Source: Chromera velia
Lineage: Eukaryota
NCBI GenBank assembly: GCA_018398765.1
Contig: JAHBMJ010000282.1
Coordinates: 1-50,943, forward strand
Reading direction: 5' to 3'
Length of the DNA stretch: 50,943 nucleotides
Below the pieces are notes generated by a model. That model ran no database searches. It saw only the letters and a list, made by a program, of their open reading frames with translations, and had not been told where the DNA came from. This document shows positions 13,340-26,730 of this stretch, one piece after another; the stretch's first letter is position 1; each line of letters starts with the position of its first letter. A program made the position numbers and the translations under genes.

Positions 13340-15543
13340 AGAGCCTTACGGTCGACTACTCATGAGAAGGAGCCCTCTCCACCAGCTTCCCTTGTGGGAG
13401 GTGTCTCAAGCGTGTCTTGCACGAAATCAGGTTTTGTCGGTATGACTGAATGAAGCCAGCCCTGATCGTTCAGAAAAGACTCACGGAAGGTTGGGGACGA
13501 TAGGCACAACGGAGTGAGTGGGTACTGCTGCAAGATATGAAGCAGAAGTCTTCAACAGGGGGGCGGAAGGGGCTCCCGGAGGGCAAAGCAGAAGTACAAA
13601 CAAGTCCCACCACGACCTTCAAGTTGATGCGGGAATTCAATTGTATTCTCTGTCAAATGGGTTGGAGGAGTTAGATAGAGTCTAGTGCTTGCTTGATGAT
13701 GTCGAGGAGGAGGAAGAGGGGCCGGGGTGAGCAATGTGCTTGAAAGTCAGACAGAGCGCTTATTGGGGAGAGAGCTCAAAAACGACACTCAACACTTAGT
13801 GGACAAATCTGTGTGATTGAGGGGGGACGGTGGAAGCGGGGGGGGGGGGGGGAAGTTGCTTTCTGTCATGAGAGGCATGAAGGGGGACGGTCAGAAAGGA
13901 AAGGGAAAAGGCGGTCTGGAGAAAGAGAAAACGACGGGAAGGAAAGTAAAGAGAGGCAAATACTGCATTTCTCGGAACCGAGAACAGAAAATGGCAAAGA
14001 GAGAGAGACAGCTCTGAATCTGTTACAAAGGAAAGCTCACAAACAACGCAATCTCAAGAAAGGAGAGAAAGGAAGCTCGAGGATATCCTCACCTACCGTT
14101 TCCCCTCAATTATTTTATCAAGGTTGTGTCGAGAAATGCGTCGGTTGTTTGTGGGGGGGGGTTTCGTTCTCTTCACTGTAAAAAGGAAGGAAAGAATGAG
14201 GGGGGGTCTCCAGGTTTGCGCTGGGACGAGGTTTGCGCTTCCAAAACAGATAGGGCGCGCGACGGTGCCTTCCCTTTAGCTCGATCGTCTTTTCCTGCTG
14301 CAGTTGACGAACCAAACACAGAATATACAAATCAGAAACCCGTGGGTTTGCGAGGGATGCTTCCCGAGTTTTCGGCACCATGTGCTCTGGTTTGGGTGTT
14401 CCGTGTTACCGAATCCTGCACCCTTTCCCCCCCTCCTTGTTGTCTATCCCTTCCCTTTCCCCCCCCTTCCTCTCCCGCTTCCCCTCCCCGTCCGAGACTC
14501 GTCACCTGGAAGAAGAGGGCCTCCAGCTCGTCAGCGGAGGCGAGAAGAGGAGAAGAGAGGGGCAGATGTGAAAAGCTCCGAAATCGGGTCAATCCCGCGT
14601 GCACATCCTTGGGACAATGCTGGTCCCGTGCGTTATGACAGTCGACTCCTGCCTCCTGAGGGCCCCTTTCTCGGGCAGAGAAGAGGGGAGAAGAAAGGAC
14701 AGAAGAACCTAACCGAGGGGGCTGCCAACTACATCGGCCCCTCCAGAGCTGCAGTGGGGGGTCACATGGAACCGATACTCTGCAACCCACAATGGACACG
14801 TAAACACACAATCAGTCAGTCAGTCAGTCAGTCAGTCAATGTGTCTGTCTGCTTAATTGCTTATCTTCTTGCTTCCGTGTTTGTCTTTCCTCGTTCCCTT
14901 TTTTCATTAGGAGAGAAGTAAAGTAAGTGGCATCGTCGTCTTCTGTCTGTCCGTCTGTTTATCGGACTGTCCGTCCGTCTGTGTCCCTGTTCGGTCTCTT
15001 CCCGTCTTCCCTGTCTATTGAATCCCCAACGATGCACATGTCGAGAGATCTTTTTACAGAAGAGCTTTTTTGCGTCCCTCTCTCTCTTGCATGCAGTCCT
15101 TTCTCAATGCGTGTGTGTCTACATCCCCCCAAAGATGCATGCCTGCCTCCTCTGAATGCCCTCCCTGCAGGTGTGGTTTGCCCCCAGTTCCCTCCCTTCA
15201 AGACGACGCAGAGGTTTAGCTCTTCAGCGTCTCCACACCCCTCTCCATCTACGAGACGAGACGTCTGTGCGGAACTCCTTCCTCCTCGCGGCCCCCTTCC
15301 CGAGGACAGAACAAGTCAACCTGACCGCTCGAAGTGATAGCCTGACCGAGGTGGCTGACAACTGCACTGACGGGGGTTTTGCAGTGGGGGGACACGTGGA
15401 AACAACACTCTGCAAAGACGGACTGGTCAGTGAGTAAGCGAGTCAAGTAGCTTGCATTTTTGTCCTTCTGGTTTTGTTTTCTGCCTCCTGTCTGTCTGTC
15501 CTTCTGCCTCTTTATCCGAACAGGACAGTGAAATGTAAATTTG

Positions 15544-15582
<39 letters not shown>

Positions 15583-15589
15583 GTGTGTG

Positions 15590-15650
<61 letters not shown>

Positions 15651-17935
15651 AAGTCTCGGAGTGAGTCATAATAGAACAATACATGTGTCTGTATGCACCT
15701 CTTTTTTACCACAGTTGACCGCCTTCATGTGTGTCGGATGTCTGCCTACAGGTACTCGGAGCGTCACCTCTTGAAGCCCTTGAGGTTGGAGTCCGTCAGG
15801 GGCCTCGCGGTGTTCCCTGCAGTCTCTGAACAAAAATAAGGCAGTGATCCCTCCTGCAGGGCCTCTGAAGAGACCGCTGCTGAGAGCATGACAATGGTCA
15901 ATCCACTGGAATCGATATCATTTGAAGACTCGTCAACGTCTATCCGGGAACCTGCAAACGTGACGGAGAGTGAGGTGACGCCTTGCCGAACAAACGGTCA
16001 AGACGCGTGCAGGCCTAGCTACTAGTCGAACCCGGAGGTCTCTTCTCCTTCATCTTCGCCATCCCTCTTCGTCCCCCTGAAACAGGCACCCTGAGTGTGT
16101 CGTGCCGCCTGGAGAGCAAGGGCAAGGTCGACCAACAAGCTTCGAACATTCGTGCTTGTCACCATTGGCTGCAGAGAGTCAAGGGGGCTGTCTGTAAGCG
16201 ATGGGAGACCGCAAACAGCACTCGGGATCATGCTCTCTGGCCAAGAAAAGAAACTGTTTCCATCCCCATCAACACTCCAAAACCTTCTCAAACTCCCCCC
16301 CCCCCCCCNCTTCTCGGATAATGGAAGAGAGAAAGAGACTCGAGGATTCGTTGAGAGAGACGGACGCACTAGGTTGCGCAGGAGCCCCATCGCTTCCCAA
16401 AACCCGCAGAAGAACCAGATAACTTCCAAATCAATCGCTATTCTTCTCATGCAGTCTCAGGCATGCTGTGAGGCAGAAAGACGCTCGAAGGGCCTGGAGG
16501 GGCCCCAGAAACAGAGAAAGCAAATTTTGCACTCGAATGAATCGAGAAAGAGCCTTCCCGGACCGGAGAGCTTCGCCTGATGCGCCCCCCTTCTTCAGGA
16601 GATCCATATCCTTGCCGATACTCGCATCCACCTCCGGTGTGTCCCTACCTGCTCTGACAGAGACATGAAGGGGATGAAGGGGCATGAGAATTTTGCTTGA
16701 CTCGAGAGGTTCCTGGGACAACCACAAACCATCGGCAGACAAGGCCCGTGGACGTCTGCGCCACCACGCTTATTTACGTCAGTCCAGCCCAGACATTCAT
16801 TTGTCGTCCTTGCCCTTTTCTCAATGGTTGCATGCAAATGTGTGTGGGAAAGAGAGAAAAGACACCTCTCAGCAGCATCTCAATTCATGCCCCTCTCTAC
16901 GCACGTGCTTGAGAAGAAAACAAAACACCATTTCCTTTGTGTCTTGTGCAGCTTGCTTTGACTGTGGCCTTCCAGCTGGCAGGAGCTGAACAACTTCGCA
17001 TCCTTCGCATCCCCCCTCAGAACCCACGGAGAAAAACAAGCAGGAAGCAGCAGGAAAGAGAAGCGCCTGCACCCTGACGAGCAGTCCAGTTCTTCTGCTT
17101 CCCAATTCCATTTCTCGCCCTCTGTCCCTTTGCGTAGTATGAGTGTCCACAGGCTAGTTCAGCAGTGTTCCTGTTGGATGAAAATTCTTCCCACCCCTTA
17201 CGAGAAGGACAGTTCCTAAGCGTCCCGGCGTGGGTCGCCTCGTCTCAGCGGTGAGAGAGGGTCCCCGCAGTGATCCGGAAGATAAGAGTGAGCACAGAGT
17301 ATGCACAGAGAGGAGAGGCGAGTGAGAAGAAACGATCCATCGGCAGAACTTTCCCAGTCGGCTTTCGCGTGCTGAGAAACATCACTCTCGAGAGGAGCCC
17401 AGTGGGTCTTTGTGGGAGAACCTGAGGTGTGGAACCGGAAGTCAATTGCCTGTACGCGCTCGGAAGGGAAAAGCTGGTCGGTTGTGCAGTCAGTCAGTGA
17501 GTCAGTCAGTCAGTCAGTCAGTCAGTCAGTCACTTAAGCCACCTGTCAGTTACATTACTATCTGTTCAGAGAGTCAGTCACTCCACCTCAGTCAGTCGTT
17601 CAGCCCAAGGGTCAGTCAACCAAACAGTGAATCAGTCAGATTTTCGCCAAGTGTGCCTTGTCTTCGGACGATTTGAATAAAGATTGAAGAAGGAAAAAAA
17701 TCGTATGCGTAGTCCCACTTTCTATTTGGCTGCCTGCAGCACGGTTTTGTGGGAAGAGAAAGATCGCAAGAAAGGGGAATACGCTGTTGTTCTCGTCTGC
17801 AGTGAGACTCAGTGCAGGGACGCCGTTGGCGGTGCGGAGGCATCTGTCGGGTTCTTTTCGATTCCTGGGCCATCTCCAACCCTCGTTCGAAGGTGCTTGC
17901 CGTTTCCTGAAAAGGCCGACCCAGATTTCTGGTCA
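13340..17935 (+). pseudogene. Probable decayed large low-complexity gene with internally repeated segments
   Basis: Long coding-like frames interrupted by isolated TGA/TAG. One frame from about 15860 to 16961 has only five stops by my count (16023, 16092, 16578, 16698, 16959). Typical donors and acceptors (GTCAGT, GTCGGT, TGCAG) flank microsatellite introns. Peptide blocks repeat at 14646-14790 and 15275-15420. No intact spliced ORF could be built; boundaries are approximate. Confidence 0.45.
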
Positions 17936-18012
17936 GTCTACTGAGGATTGATCCTTTTCGTTTTAATATGCTACAAATACTTTGATAAGCTACGCGAAAA
18001 GACGCATGCGCA

Positions 18013-18082
<70 letters not shown>

Positions 18083-21036
18083 TACGCACGCACGCACGAA
18101 CATGCGGACATGCACACACCACATTGCTCGGGCTCAAGTTGATTGGTGCATGCAGTCTCTTCTGAAAGCAACATCTGATATTCGGGATCGGAGCAACTTG
18201 AAAGCCTCTGAAGCTCTTCCACAATTAACACCTTTAGTCACTTGTGAACGCAGATGCGTTGGAGCCCGCAGACGTGAACACTTTCCACCAAAGCGATTCT
18301 CTTCAGCGCAGAAGACGCCTACTAGCCCGAGAGCCTGAATAAGGAATCCCACACAGATTGCGTTTCGTTCAATTTCGTGTTCAATATCCTTTGGTCAGTC
18401 AATCAGTCAACTGCGTTTCATTTTATCTTGGCTTTCCTCCCTTTCTCATCCTTTGTCTGCTCCACAAGAGTCTCGATTTTTTGGGCGCATTTGATGGTTG
18501 TCTTCCTCACTCTTTGTCTGCGCCTGCATAAAGCCTCGTGAGAAAGGAGTGCTTGTTTCCATGACAGTTCGTGGCTTTTGGGGGGAGTTGGGGTGGGGTG
18601 GGGACTGTTCGCGTGATTCTTCAACTTATCAAAATTGCTGTCTTTTTCTTGAAATGGGTTTCAAAGTGCCTCACTTCTTTTCAGGCCATTTCCAGCGTTC
18701 ATGATTGGTTTGGTCTGCCTTATTGCAGGTCTGCGAAGCTGCTCTAGCTTCTAGCACGTCTTCTGGCGACAGCTTGGTGCCTTGTTGTTGCCGTCGTAGC
18801 CCACGGTAACATCCGTCTCCAAATTACCATGATCCTCCTCTGTCGGCCCCCTTCACTTTATGGTCGGAACTGGGGTGTACGTCTCCTGGGCCTGTCCTTT
18901 AAACATGCACAGGTCTGGGACCTGGCATCACGGTACACCTGCATTGTGGTTTTGGCAGTGCTGCTGAGTGACCGCTTCAGTTCCAGGGCCTGTCGGGAAA
19001 ACCTAAAGCTTGATCCCCGTCTCCTCTCGGGCAAACACAAACCACAATGGCAATTGAAACTTGCAATAACGCACATGCAGACTGATGTAATCTCACTTTC
19101 AAAAAGAACGCTGCATGACAAAACTTTATTATAAAAGAAGTGTCGAGCCTGAAGTTTCAGGCCTGTCAGACGCCGTATTCAGAAAAATAACTTCTGAATT
19201 AACTCACGCAAAAAGCAGTTTTACTAGATTTTAGATTTGATTATTCATTTTTTCGCTATAGTTTTTCTGACAAGAACAACATGTGCTAGAACATGTATTC
19301 TAGCATGTATTAGTTTTTTAAATAATAATAGTAATCTAACTGATCATCATCTTTATTTTATAATCATAAAATTGAATTGAATCGAATTGAATTGAATTGA
19401 GACGGTTAAAGCCGGTGAGCCACCACTTAGGCTCTGGCCAACCATGGGGCATGACATGCAATGTTGGTTTGTTAACCTAGCGCATTGATTCATTTACACT
19501 TGACAAAACAAACTCACGCTAATTTAGCTATACACTCCTTAACCGCCCTCATGGCCGCAAGAGGCTGGAACGACGATATAAGAGCGATCATCTCTCAGAC
19601 TTTCTTTTCATTCTCCCCCACTCCTCTACCAGCTGAGGCAGCCACCCATTGCACAATTTCCACCCGATTCTCAATTGGCGTATGCTCTTTTATTCTGCTG
19701 ATGTATGCTGATGATTTTGTTAAGCTTCTGTCTCTCCCTCTCTGTATCCACACATTCCGTGAGCAGGTGGATCTCATTGATAAATCTAAACTCAGTAATA
19801 GAGTCAATTATGAAGTGAACATATACTTAAACCGTTTTCTAATATTTTCTACAAATTTGATGACTGTTCTAGTGTTTAAGTAGAAACAATTCTTAAATGA
19901 TAAATTAGTTTGCAAGCATAGTGATTGTTGTTAGAATTTTTGAGTGACTCGAGAGAAAGAAAACTTAAAGCTTCCCATATCTTTGTCGGTATATAAAGAG
20001 AAACTAGGGAGGAAAATCAACTTATAACTAGATTAATTGATTGATTGATTGCCAATCAGTGATTGATGTCAAACCCTAGGTAGAGTTATAACTCCCGGGC
20101 TTAGTAGACTTGACAGTGCCTAGGACAGTGCATAGCTGGGGAGGGGGTGGTTTAACATTTGTCAGTAGTTTTAAAAACTATGATCAAATCACTCAGCTGA
20201 ATACTGATATTATACTGCCTCTAATTATAAACTACTTTAGATTAATATTCTAAGGCATCTAACTAAGGTATTCAAAGGAATTATTCTTCATCATTATACG
20301 CCATGGCCATCGGGCTATAAAAAAACGTCTAGCATTCAGCACTAGGTTCGCCAGCAACGTGTAATCTACCCTTAAACTATATAAGTCTAGCTATGAATAA
20401 TTATCATCGTAATAATCTGATGATCAAACGCCAATGCAGATACTACCTAGCGATTTTATATTCAGTAGCAGTAGCTGAAATATAGGCGAGGACATATGAT
20501 GAATTCCATGAATTCACTGTTTTCATACAGAGGTTCTGGCAAAGGAGTCTCTACTGATTGAGACGGAAACTTTCGAAGGCTGAAATCCGAAACAACCGAA
20601 AAAAGAGAGGACTCTTTTCTGCTGCTTGCATCACTTCGACCCTGTCCAAGTTCCGTCGGTCCAAGTTCGTTTTTCCTCGCTCCCCTGGGCGCATGAACAG
20701 ATTCCGGCTTTCAGGTAAAAGGTCCACCTCCTCTCTCCAGTACTCTCTCACAAAGCAAGACAGTGCCAAAAAGATCGAAGGTTTCACCTCCTCTGCAACG
20801 CAGGCAAAGTAAGCAAACGGATTGTAATTAGAATCCACGCTCCAAAAGTATGTCTGGGTAGAAAACACGCCAAGATCGAAACGAAAAAGGAACCTTGATC
20901 AAAAAGCCCCGAAGAGCATATGCAAAAAAAAATCGCCCCGGCGTGTCCTTTGGCTGCTTCCCACCCCACCCAAGCACTGGCTGCATGGTCTGCGTACCTC
21001 TCCACCCCCATCGGCATATCCGGTCCTCCTCGACGC

Positions 21037-22993
21037 TTAACCGAGGACGCCCATCTTCTTGGCCTGCTCCAGGGCGATGGCCTGCAATATTTATTCACAA
21101 GCGGTGTTTTGTGTGATCACACTATGACGACTGATTGTGCAGTGAAAGTCCTTGTACAGGTTGTGTTCGCGAAAGAGATGCGTGTAGCGACTGACACGCG
21201 GAGGGACGGATGCACATACACAGGACATTCACATGCAGGGGAGAGAGGAAGGAAGCGAGAAACACTACACAGACACAGAAATACTCACAAACCCACACCC
21301 ACGCACTTTCACGCGGTCACCAGGTGGTGGGGTGTGCAGCGGAGCTAGGTCTTTTCTTCGACAGAGGCGGAGAAAGATAAGCGGACAGAAATGAGAAAGT
21401 GTTTGCACTGAATTGTTTCCTGTTGCTACCCCGAAGCCCTCTCCGCTCTCCAACAGTAAGCAATCAGGCAAACTAAACCACACAAACGACTGACTCAAGT
21501 ACCCACCCACCTTCTCCTTCTTGGCGGTCACGTGCTGGGACTTTATGCCCATCACGCCACCACCTGCAACGGTAGAAGGAAGGAGCAAGGAGGGATGCAA
21601 AAAGATGGGGCGTGCATGCGATGTGAAACACTGGATTCTCAGGTGCGTGCAAACCCATGCAATCCGCCAGCCGCCAGCAGTAGACCGTCTTTCCTTCGAT
21701 TCATGTTCGCATCCCGACTTCAGCTCGTCCATTTGCAGTCCGCTCAGAGTTCGTTCATCGATCAAACAAACCCCGCCTTTTTCCTCATTATGCTCCTCCC
21801 CCCACCCGCTCTTCCCCATGCCTCCTAACCACCCCCCAAGACTGAACGAAGGGAAACGACAACTCACCGAACTTCCTGCGGACGTCCACGTTGTCGTTGA
21901 ACTGAGCGAGGAAGTTCTTGCAGAGGGTGTCGAGCTCGGCCTTGTCCTGCAACGTTTGGAAGCTTGTTACGTAACAATCATCTTCCAAAAGAATCAATCT
22001 TGAAGACAGAGAGAAAAAAGACAATCGCAAGTAGATGCGAACAGAAAACGCGTAGAAAATTTCAAGACTAGGACCGGGCGTCATTCTTTTCTATTGTCTT
22101 TCAACACAGGCAGAAGAAGGGGGGATGAAGGCAAGACGAGGGCGAGGGGAAAGCAAGGAAACATCAGCTCAACAAAACGGCGCACCTCCTTTCTGACGGA
22201 GGTGAGGGCAACGGCAGCTGCGGTCTTCTGGTGAACCAGCTGGCCGAGGCGGGACTTGCCCTTGATGATGCAGTAGGGGACCTGCAATGAAGGTTAAATA
22301 AAGGAGACACACACGATACTGAGGCACATATCCGCGAAAGATCGACTTACACGTATGCTGTCTCACATACTCCGATTACGAAACGGAAATCAGAGAAGAG
22401 ACGACGAAAGTAACTGGCAGCATTTGCTTTCTCCGTTTTGGGTGGACCATGTATACTTTCTCAACTTTCCAGAGACACCTAAAACGAAACGTGCAACAAA
22501 GCGGTCACTCCAGAAATAGTCATCGAGCTCAATTCGTCCAGCCTCCAAAAGTCCCCCCCCCTACCCCCACCCCCACCCCTTTGAGTTCAACCTCAATCCA
22601 TTTACACCCTTTTATGTGCCCAAAGAGCCCACCTCCATCTTTCTGCAGAGGGCGGGGAGCCACACCACCTGCATGTAGCAATGGTGCACAGAACACAAAC
22701 AGATGAAAAAGTGAAAGGAAAACGGCAGGCTTTCTGACACGAAAGAACGCAGTAAAACCAACGTGAACCTGAGACATCTTTATCGGTTGAAGGTCAAGAA
22801 CTCCATAGTAATCAAGAAGGGATACAAACACCCACCCCCACAAGCCAGGACGACCGATGAAACAGAAAAGAAGAAAGGTCGAGCCGTGGTCTCACCGCTA
22901 ACATTTCACAGTGCCTCTCAGCTCTCGAAGGGAGAAGAAAAGAGAATAAACCGAAATAAATCGCAAGCAAGCAAGCAAGCAAGAAAGAAAGAG

Positions 22994-23040
<47 letters not shown>

Positions 23041-26000
23041 AAAGAAAAGGGGAAGCACACAGAAAGAAAAAATCAATAAAGAGAAAGGCACGACGAAAGA
23101 CGTACAAGTTCGATGGGGTCGACATCGTGGGCGATCACGACGAGAGAGGCCAGTCTCTGCTCGATCAGCTCTGTAGGCAAGGGAGGGATGGAGGACGGAG
23201 ATGACTAAGTGATCATCCATAAATAAACATCATTACCATTCTATCTTTGTACCAATTATTGCTGCACGAACATCATGCACCACAATCTACCGAGATCCAG
23301 TCCCTTACTGGTGTGGCTGTACATGGTCAGACTGCTGAGAACCTGGCCCTTTGTGCCCCCATACGAACGCAGCAGGAGTGAAAATAAGAACCCAACCCTC
23401 CCTCTCACCGGTGATATGGTTGAGACCGAACTTGAGGACCACAGGCTTCTTGTTCTGGCTCTCGTCCCCACCGGCGGCGATCTTCTCAGCCTCCTTCTCG
23501 AGTCTGTTTGGGAATATACGAAGAAACAAAAAACAGAGGAAGCACGGATCTAAATAGGAAGACACAAAAGAAGGAAACCTCTTCTGCGTGCTGCAAGAGA
23601 TTCGGCAGAAATGCAGGACGCTTGAGACGGGACAGCGACCACTAATGACTAGAGACTGCAGGTTTCTTCGTCCAGCCAATCTTTGGAGAAGAGAATTTGT
23701 CCCCAGTGCATTGCCCGAATGGTCAGGTGAGAAAACGGAAGTCACGACTGCAGGGAGGCCATACAATACGACTGAAAGAAAAGAGAAGTTGATCGATCAA
23801 CAATGAGCATCAAAAGAAGCCAGCGGAGGACCAAAGTCAGACAGCTAGGCAGACGAACGGACCTTGCCCTCTTCTCCACGCGGGTCTCGGGGGAGTACTT
23901 CTCGAGGAGCTTCAGGAGCTGAGTGGCCTGCATACACGTAGGTACGGTGCAACAGAGAGAGAAAGGAGATTATTCAGGGGAGCGGAGGGGAGTCAACAGG
24001 GCAACTTAGGTTGAACGCGCGAGCAGTGGCAAAATGAGCGAGAGGACGGAATGAACGTACTCTATTGGACAAAATGAAACAAGACAGAAGACCAGCCAGC
24101 TGCTTGGTGAGGAAACAACAACAGGCAGACACAGAAAGACAGTATTGCTTCCCCACTAACAGACTGTTCTGAGGCGCAGACGCATGAATGTACACGGCGA
24201 CGGAATACAAATATCACCAGACAGAAAAAGAAGAAATAAACGTCACCCCAAAAAAGGGGGCCTTCAAGTCACTTGAAGACAGAAATAAGTGCACGAAGTG
24301 CAAGTGTGTTTGTGTGAAGTGTCTTCCCACATCACATTAAAGCAGAGACCGTCAAAGCATTAGACCTGAATGATGACATGCAAAGAGTTCGGATACGCCA
24401 AGAAAAACGAAAACCTCCTCGACAGTATTTCTGCAAAAAACCTTCTCACTGCTTCCAGACTGAACCCTTCCTATCTGGTTCTACACGAACAATCCTGGTA
24501 CCCCCTCTCCCTCTATCAATATAACCCCAGAACGCTCTTCATCCATCCAGGAGGATATCCTCTCCTCTTCCAGACCTGAAAAGAAAACCTCGCTCTTCCA
24601 CACTGACAGGAGCCCACAAAAACGAAACAAGAAAGGGAGTGAGAAGGAAGGAAGGAAGGAAGGAAGGAAAGAAGGAAAGAAGGAAAGAAGGAAAGAAGGA
24701 AAGAAAGAAAAGAAAGAAAAGAAAGAAAAGAAAGAAAAGAAAAGAAAAGAAAAGAAAAGAAAGAAAGAAAGAAAGCGTCCTCTATGTTCCCATCTCTCGT
24801 TCCCTGTTCCCATCTCTCGTTCCCTCTCTCTCGACACATCTTTTTACCCTTGTTTCTCTTCTGCACACGGAACAACATGCTCCAAAACGCGAAGCACTCT
24901 GCACAATCCATTAGGCAGAACTGAGACGCCACATTCCCCTCGTGCCCTTCTCATCTTCCTCCCCTCCCTCCAGAGAAGCCTTCTCAAAAAAAGCTCCAAA
25001 AACATACACGCCCCCCCTTTCGCTCTGTGGTCCTGGCGGAGACACACCGAGGACCTTCAAGATCCCTCGATGTGCAGGTATCCCACTTGCTTGTCCTTGA
25101 AAGAAACACATCGGCTCCAGCACCCAGTCCTCCAAGTCCTAGTCACAAACTCCACATCCATAGCACGCAGCCCGTCAGACTTCAAATACAATCCCCCCTT
25201 TCCTTTCCTTCCAAGGATCCTATTCTCTCTCTCTTTCGAGGTCTCTCTCCCTTGCTCGCTTTCCCTCCTTTCGTCCGAGGTCAAAGAAACGGAAACACCG
25301 ATAACCCACATAAAAAGACTCAGAGAAAAGACAACCAAGACAGTACACCTGACAGAAACGCACAGGGCCAATCGTCCGACCCACGAACCTGGTTCTTGTC
25401 CAGAGTGTGGTTGAACTGGTTGATCGAGGGGGGCACCTTCAGGCGCATCATCAGGACGCGCTTCTGTCTCTGGAGACGGATGTAGCGGGGCCACTTCACG
25501 TAACGAGTCAGGTCCCTCTTGGGCTGGACGGCATTGCCTGCACAGAAGGAAGAGCACACACACGAAGAGAGGCGAAGGAGACAGATGAGAGGGGGTGTCC
25601 TTCATTCCTCGGCACAGGCTTAAGCGCCAGCTAGGCAGAATCGTTCCTCTTTTGCCTTGACTGAGAGAGAGAAAGGACGGCACGAGGGCGGCGACTGACT
25701 GACCGATTCTGAAGTTCTTGGGGGCCTTCTCGAAGAGAGGATTCTTCTGGGTCTTCTTCGCCTTGCTGCGGGGAGGAAAGGGGGTTGGGGGGCCGCTTAC
25801 AGCGATACAGGCGCGGCATAAAGACGCACGGCGGATTGCAGGAGCGGAAAGAGGCGCAATCGCAGCTTTCGATCTGTTGAGTGGCAAAGAAACGAGGAAA
25901 GTGGGAACGGTTCCTGCGCTTACCTGGCGAGAGGGGCCGCAGGAATCTTCTTCTTTCCGGAGCTCTTCGCGCCTTTCACCTGCACGCAGACACAGGAACG

Positions 26001-26242
26001 GTTTCAGCCTATTACTGCTTGTAGCTGCAGCACCACATCGCCTAACAAGAAGTGCACACTTTTGTCGCGGCCCTTACATTCCATTCCTATCAGACTGGAC
26101 TAGAGTACCTTCGAATCGATACAGAGCAAGCACTCAGAAATCTGTCAGTCTTGAGGGAAAAAACCTGGAAAAGGGTGGGAAAGGGGCTGCGGTTGAGCGT
26201 GCACCTTCCTAACAGCTTTCTTCGCTCAAAGTCACTTACCAT
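21037..26242 (-). CDS. RPL7A: 60S ribosomal protein L7a (eL8), 267 aa
   Basis: 12 phase-consistent coding exons: 26242-26240 (ATG only), 25979-25924, 25765-25704, 25537-25389, 23927-23863, 23503-23409, 23170-23106, 22668-22633, 22281-22186, 21946-21868, 21563-21511, 21081-21037. Diagnostic motifs [84 protein letters not shown]. Confidence 0.97.
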
Positions 26243-26730
26243 CTTTGCCGGTTACTTGTCCGTTTGAGAGGGGGGTGGCGCTCTGTTCTGTACAGAAGAG
26301 GATCGAGCCGTTTCTCCCTCTCTCCCTGTATGGAAATTCAAGATTTCTGAAGGGTCGGCCCCGGAAGGCGCGCAAAAACTGCGTATAGCTTCCGCGCGCG
26401 CCTGCGGCCGCGGCCAGGTCGGACCCCAGATGCATATACGTGCCATTTTTTCGATACGTTTTCACGTTTCCTCAACTTCGATCCTCCTAGCTATCTCTCT
26501 GGTTTACTGAACGAACTCCGCACCCACCACACGTCGTTTTTGATACGATTGGAATACCCAGGACTTCTGTGGCAAGCTTTTGCGAGCCTTTGATTTGACC
26601 CAAGAGCGAGACAGGGAGGTTTGAGAAGAGACGGGACTACTCTTTCAGGAGAGAAGCGCGGGGCTTTCTCCAAAGCAGGAAGTGGTCTGCTCACCCCTTT
26701 TTGTCCGTCTACAGCATCTGCCTTGGCACA
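26243..26730. promoter_or_regulatory. Putative bidirectional promoter between RPL7A and SQD1
   Basis: The divergent start codons are only 488 bp apart, with a CpG-rich patch at about 26355-26430. Confidence 0.55.

Noticed and set aside
13340..17935. Alternative genetic code or stop readthrough explaining the in-frame stops
   Set aside because: Neighbouring intact genes end in TAA, TAG and TGA normally, and frameshifts are also present.
20551..20868. 105-aa ORF downstream of RPL7A
   Set aside because: No recognisable motif or splice support; probably 3' UTR or intergenic.
23205..23285. Possible C/D snoRNA in an RPL7A intron (minus strand ATGATGT...ATGATGT...ATGA)
   Set aside because: Vertebrate RPL7A hosts snoRNAs, but the boxes here are non-canonical and I found no convincing rRNA guide. 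An Infernal/snoscan run would be needed.
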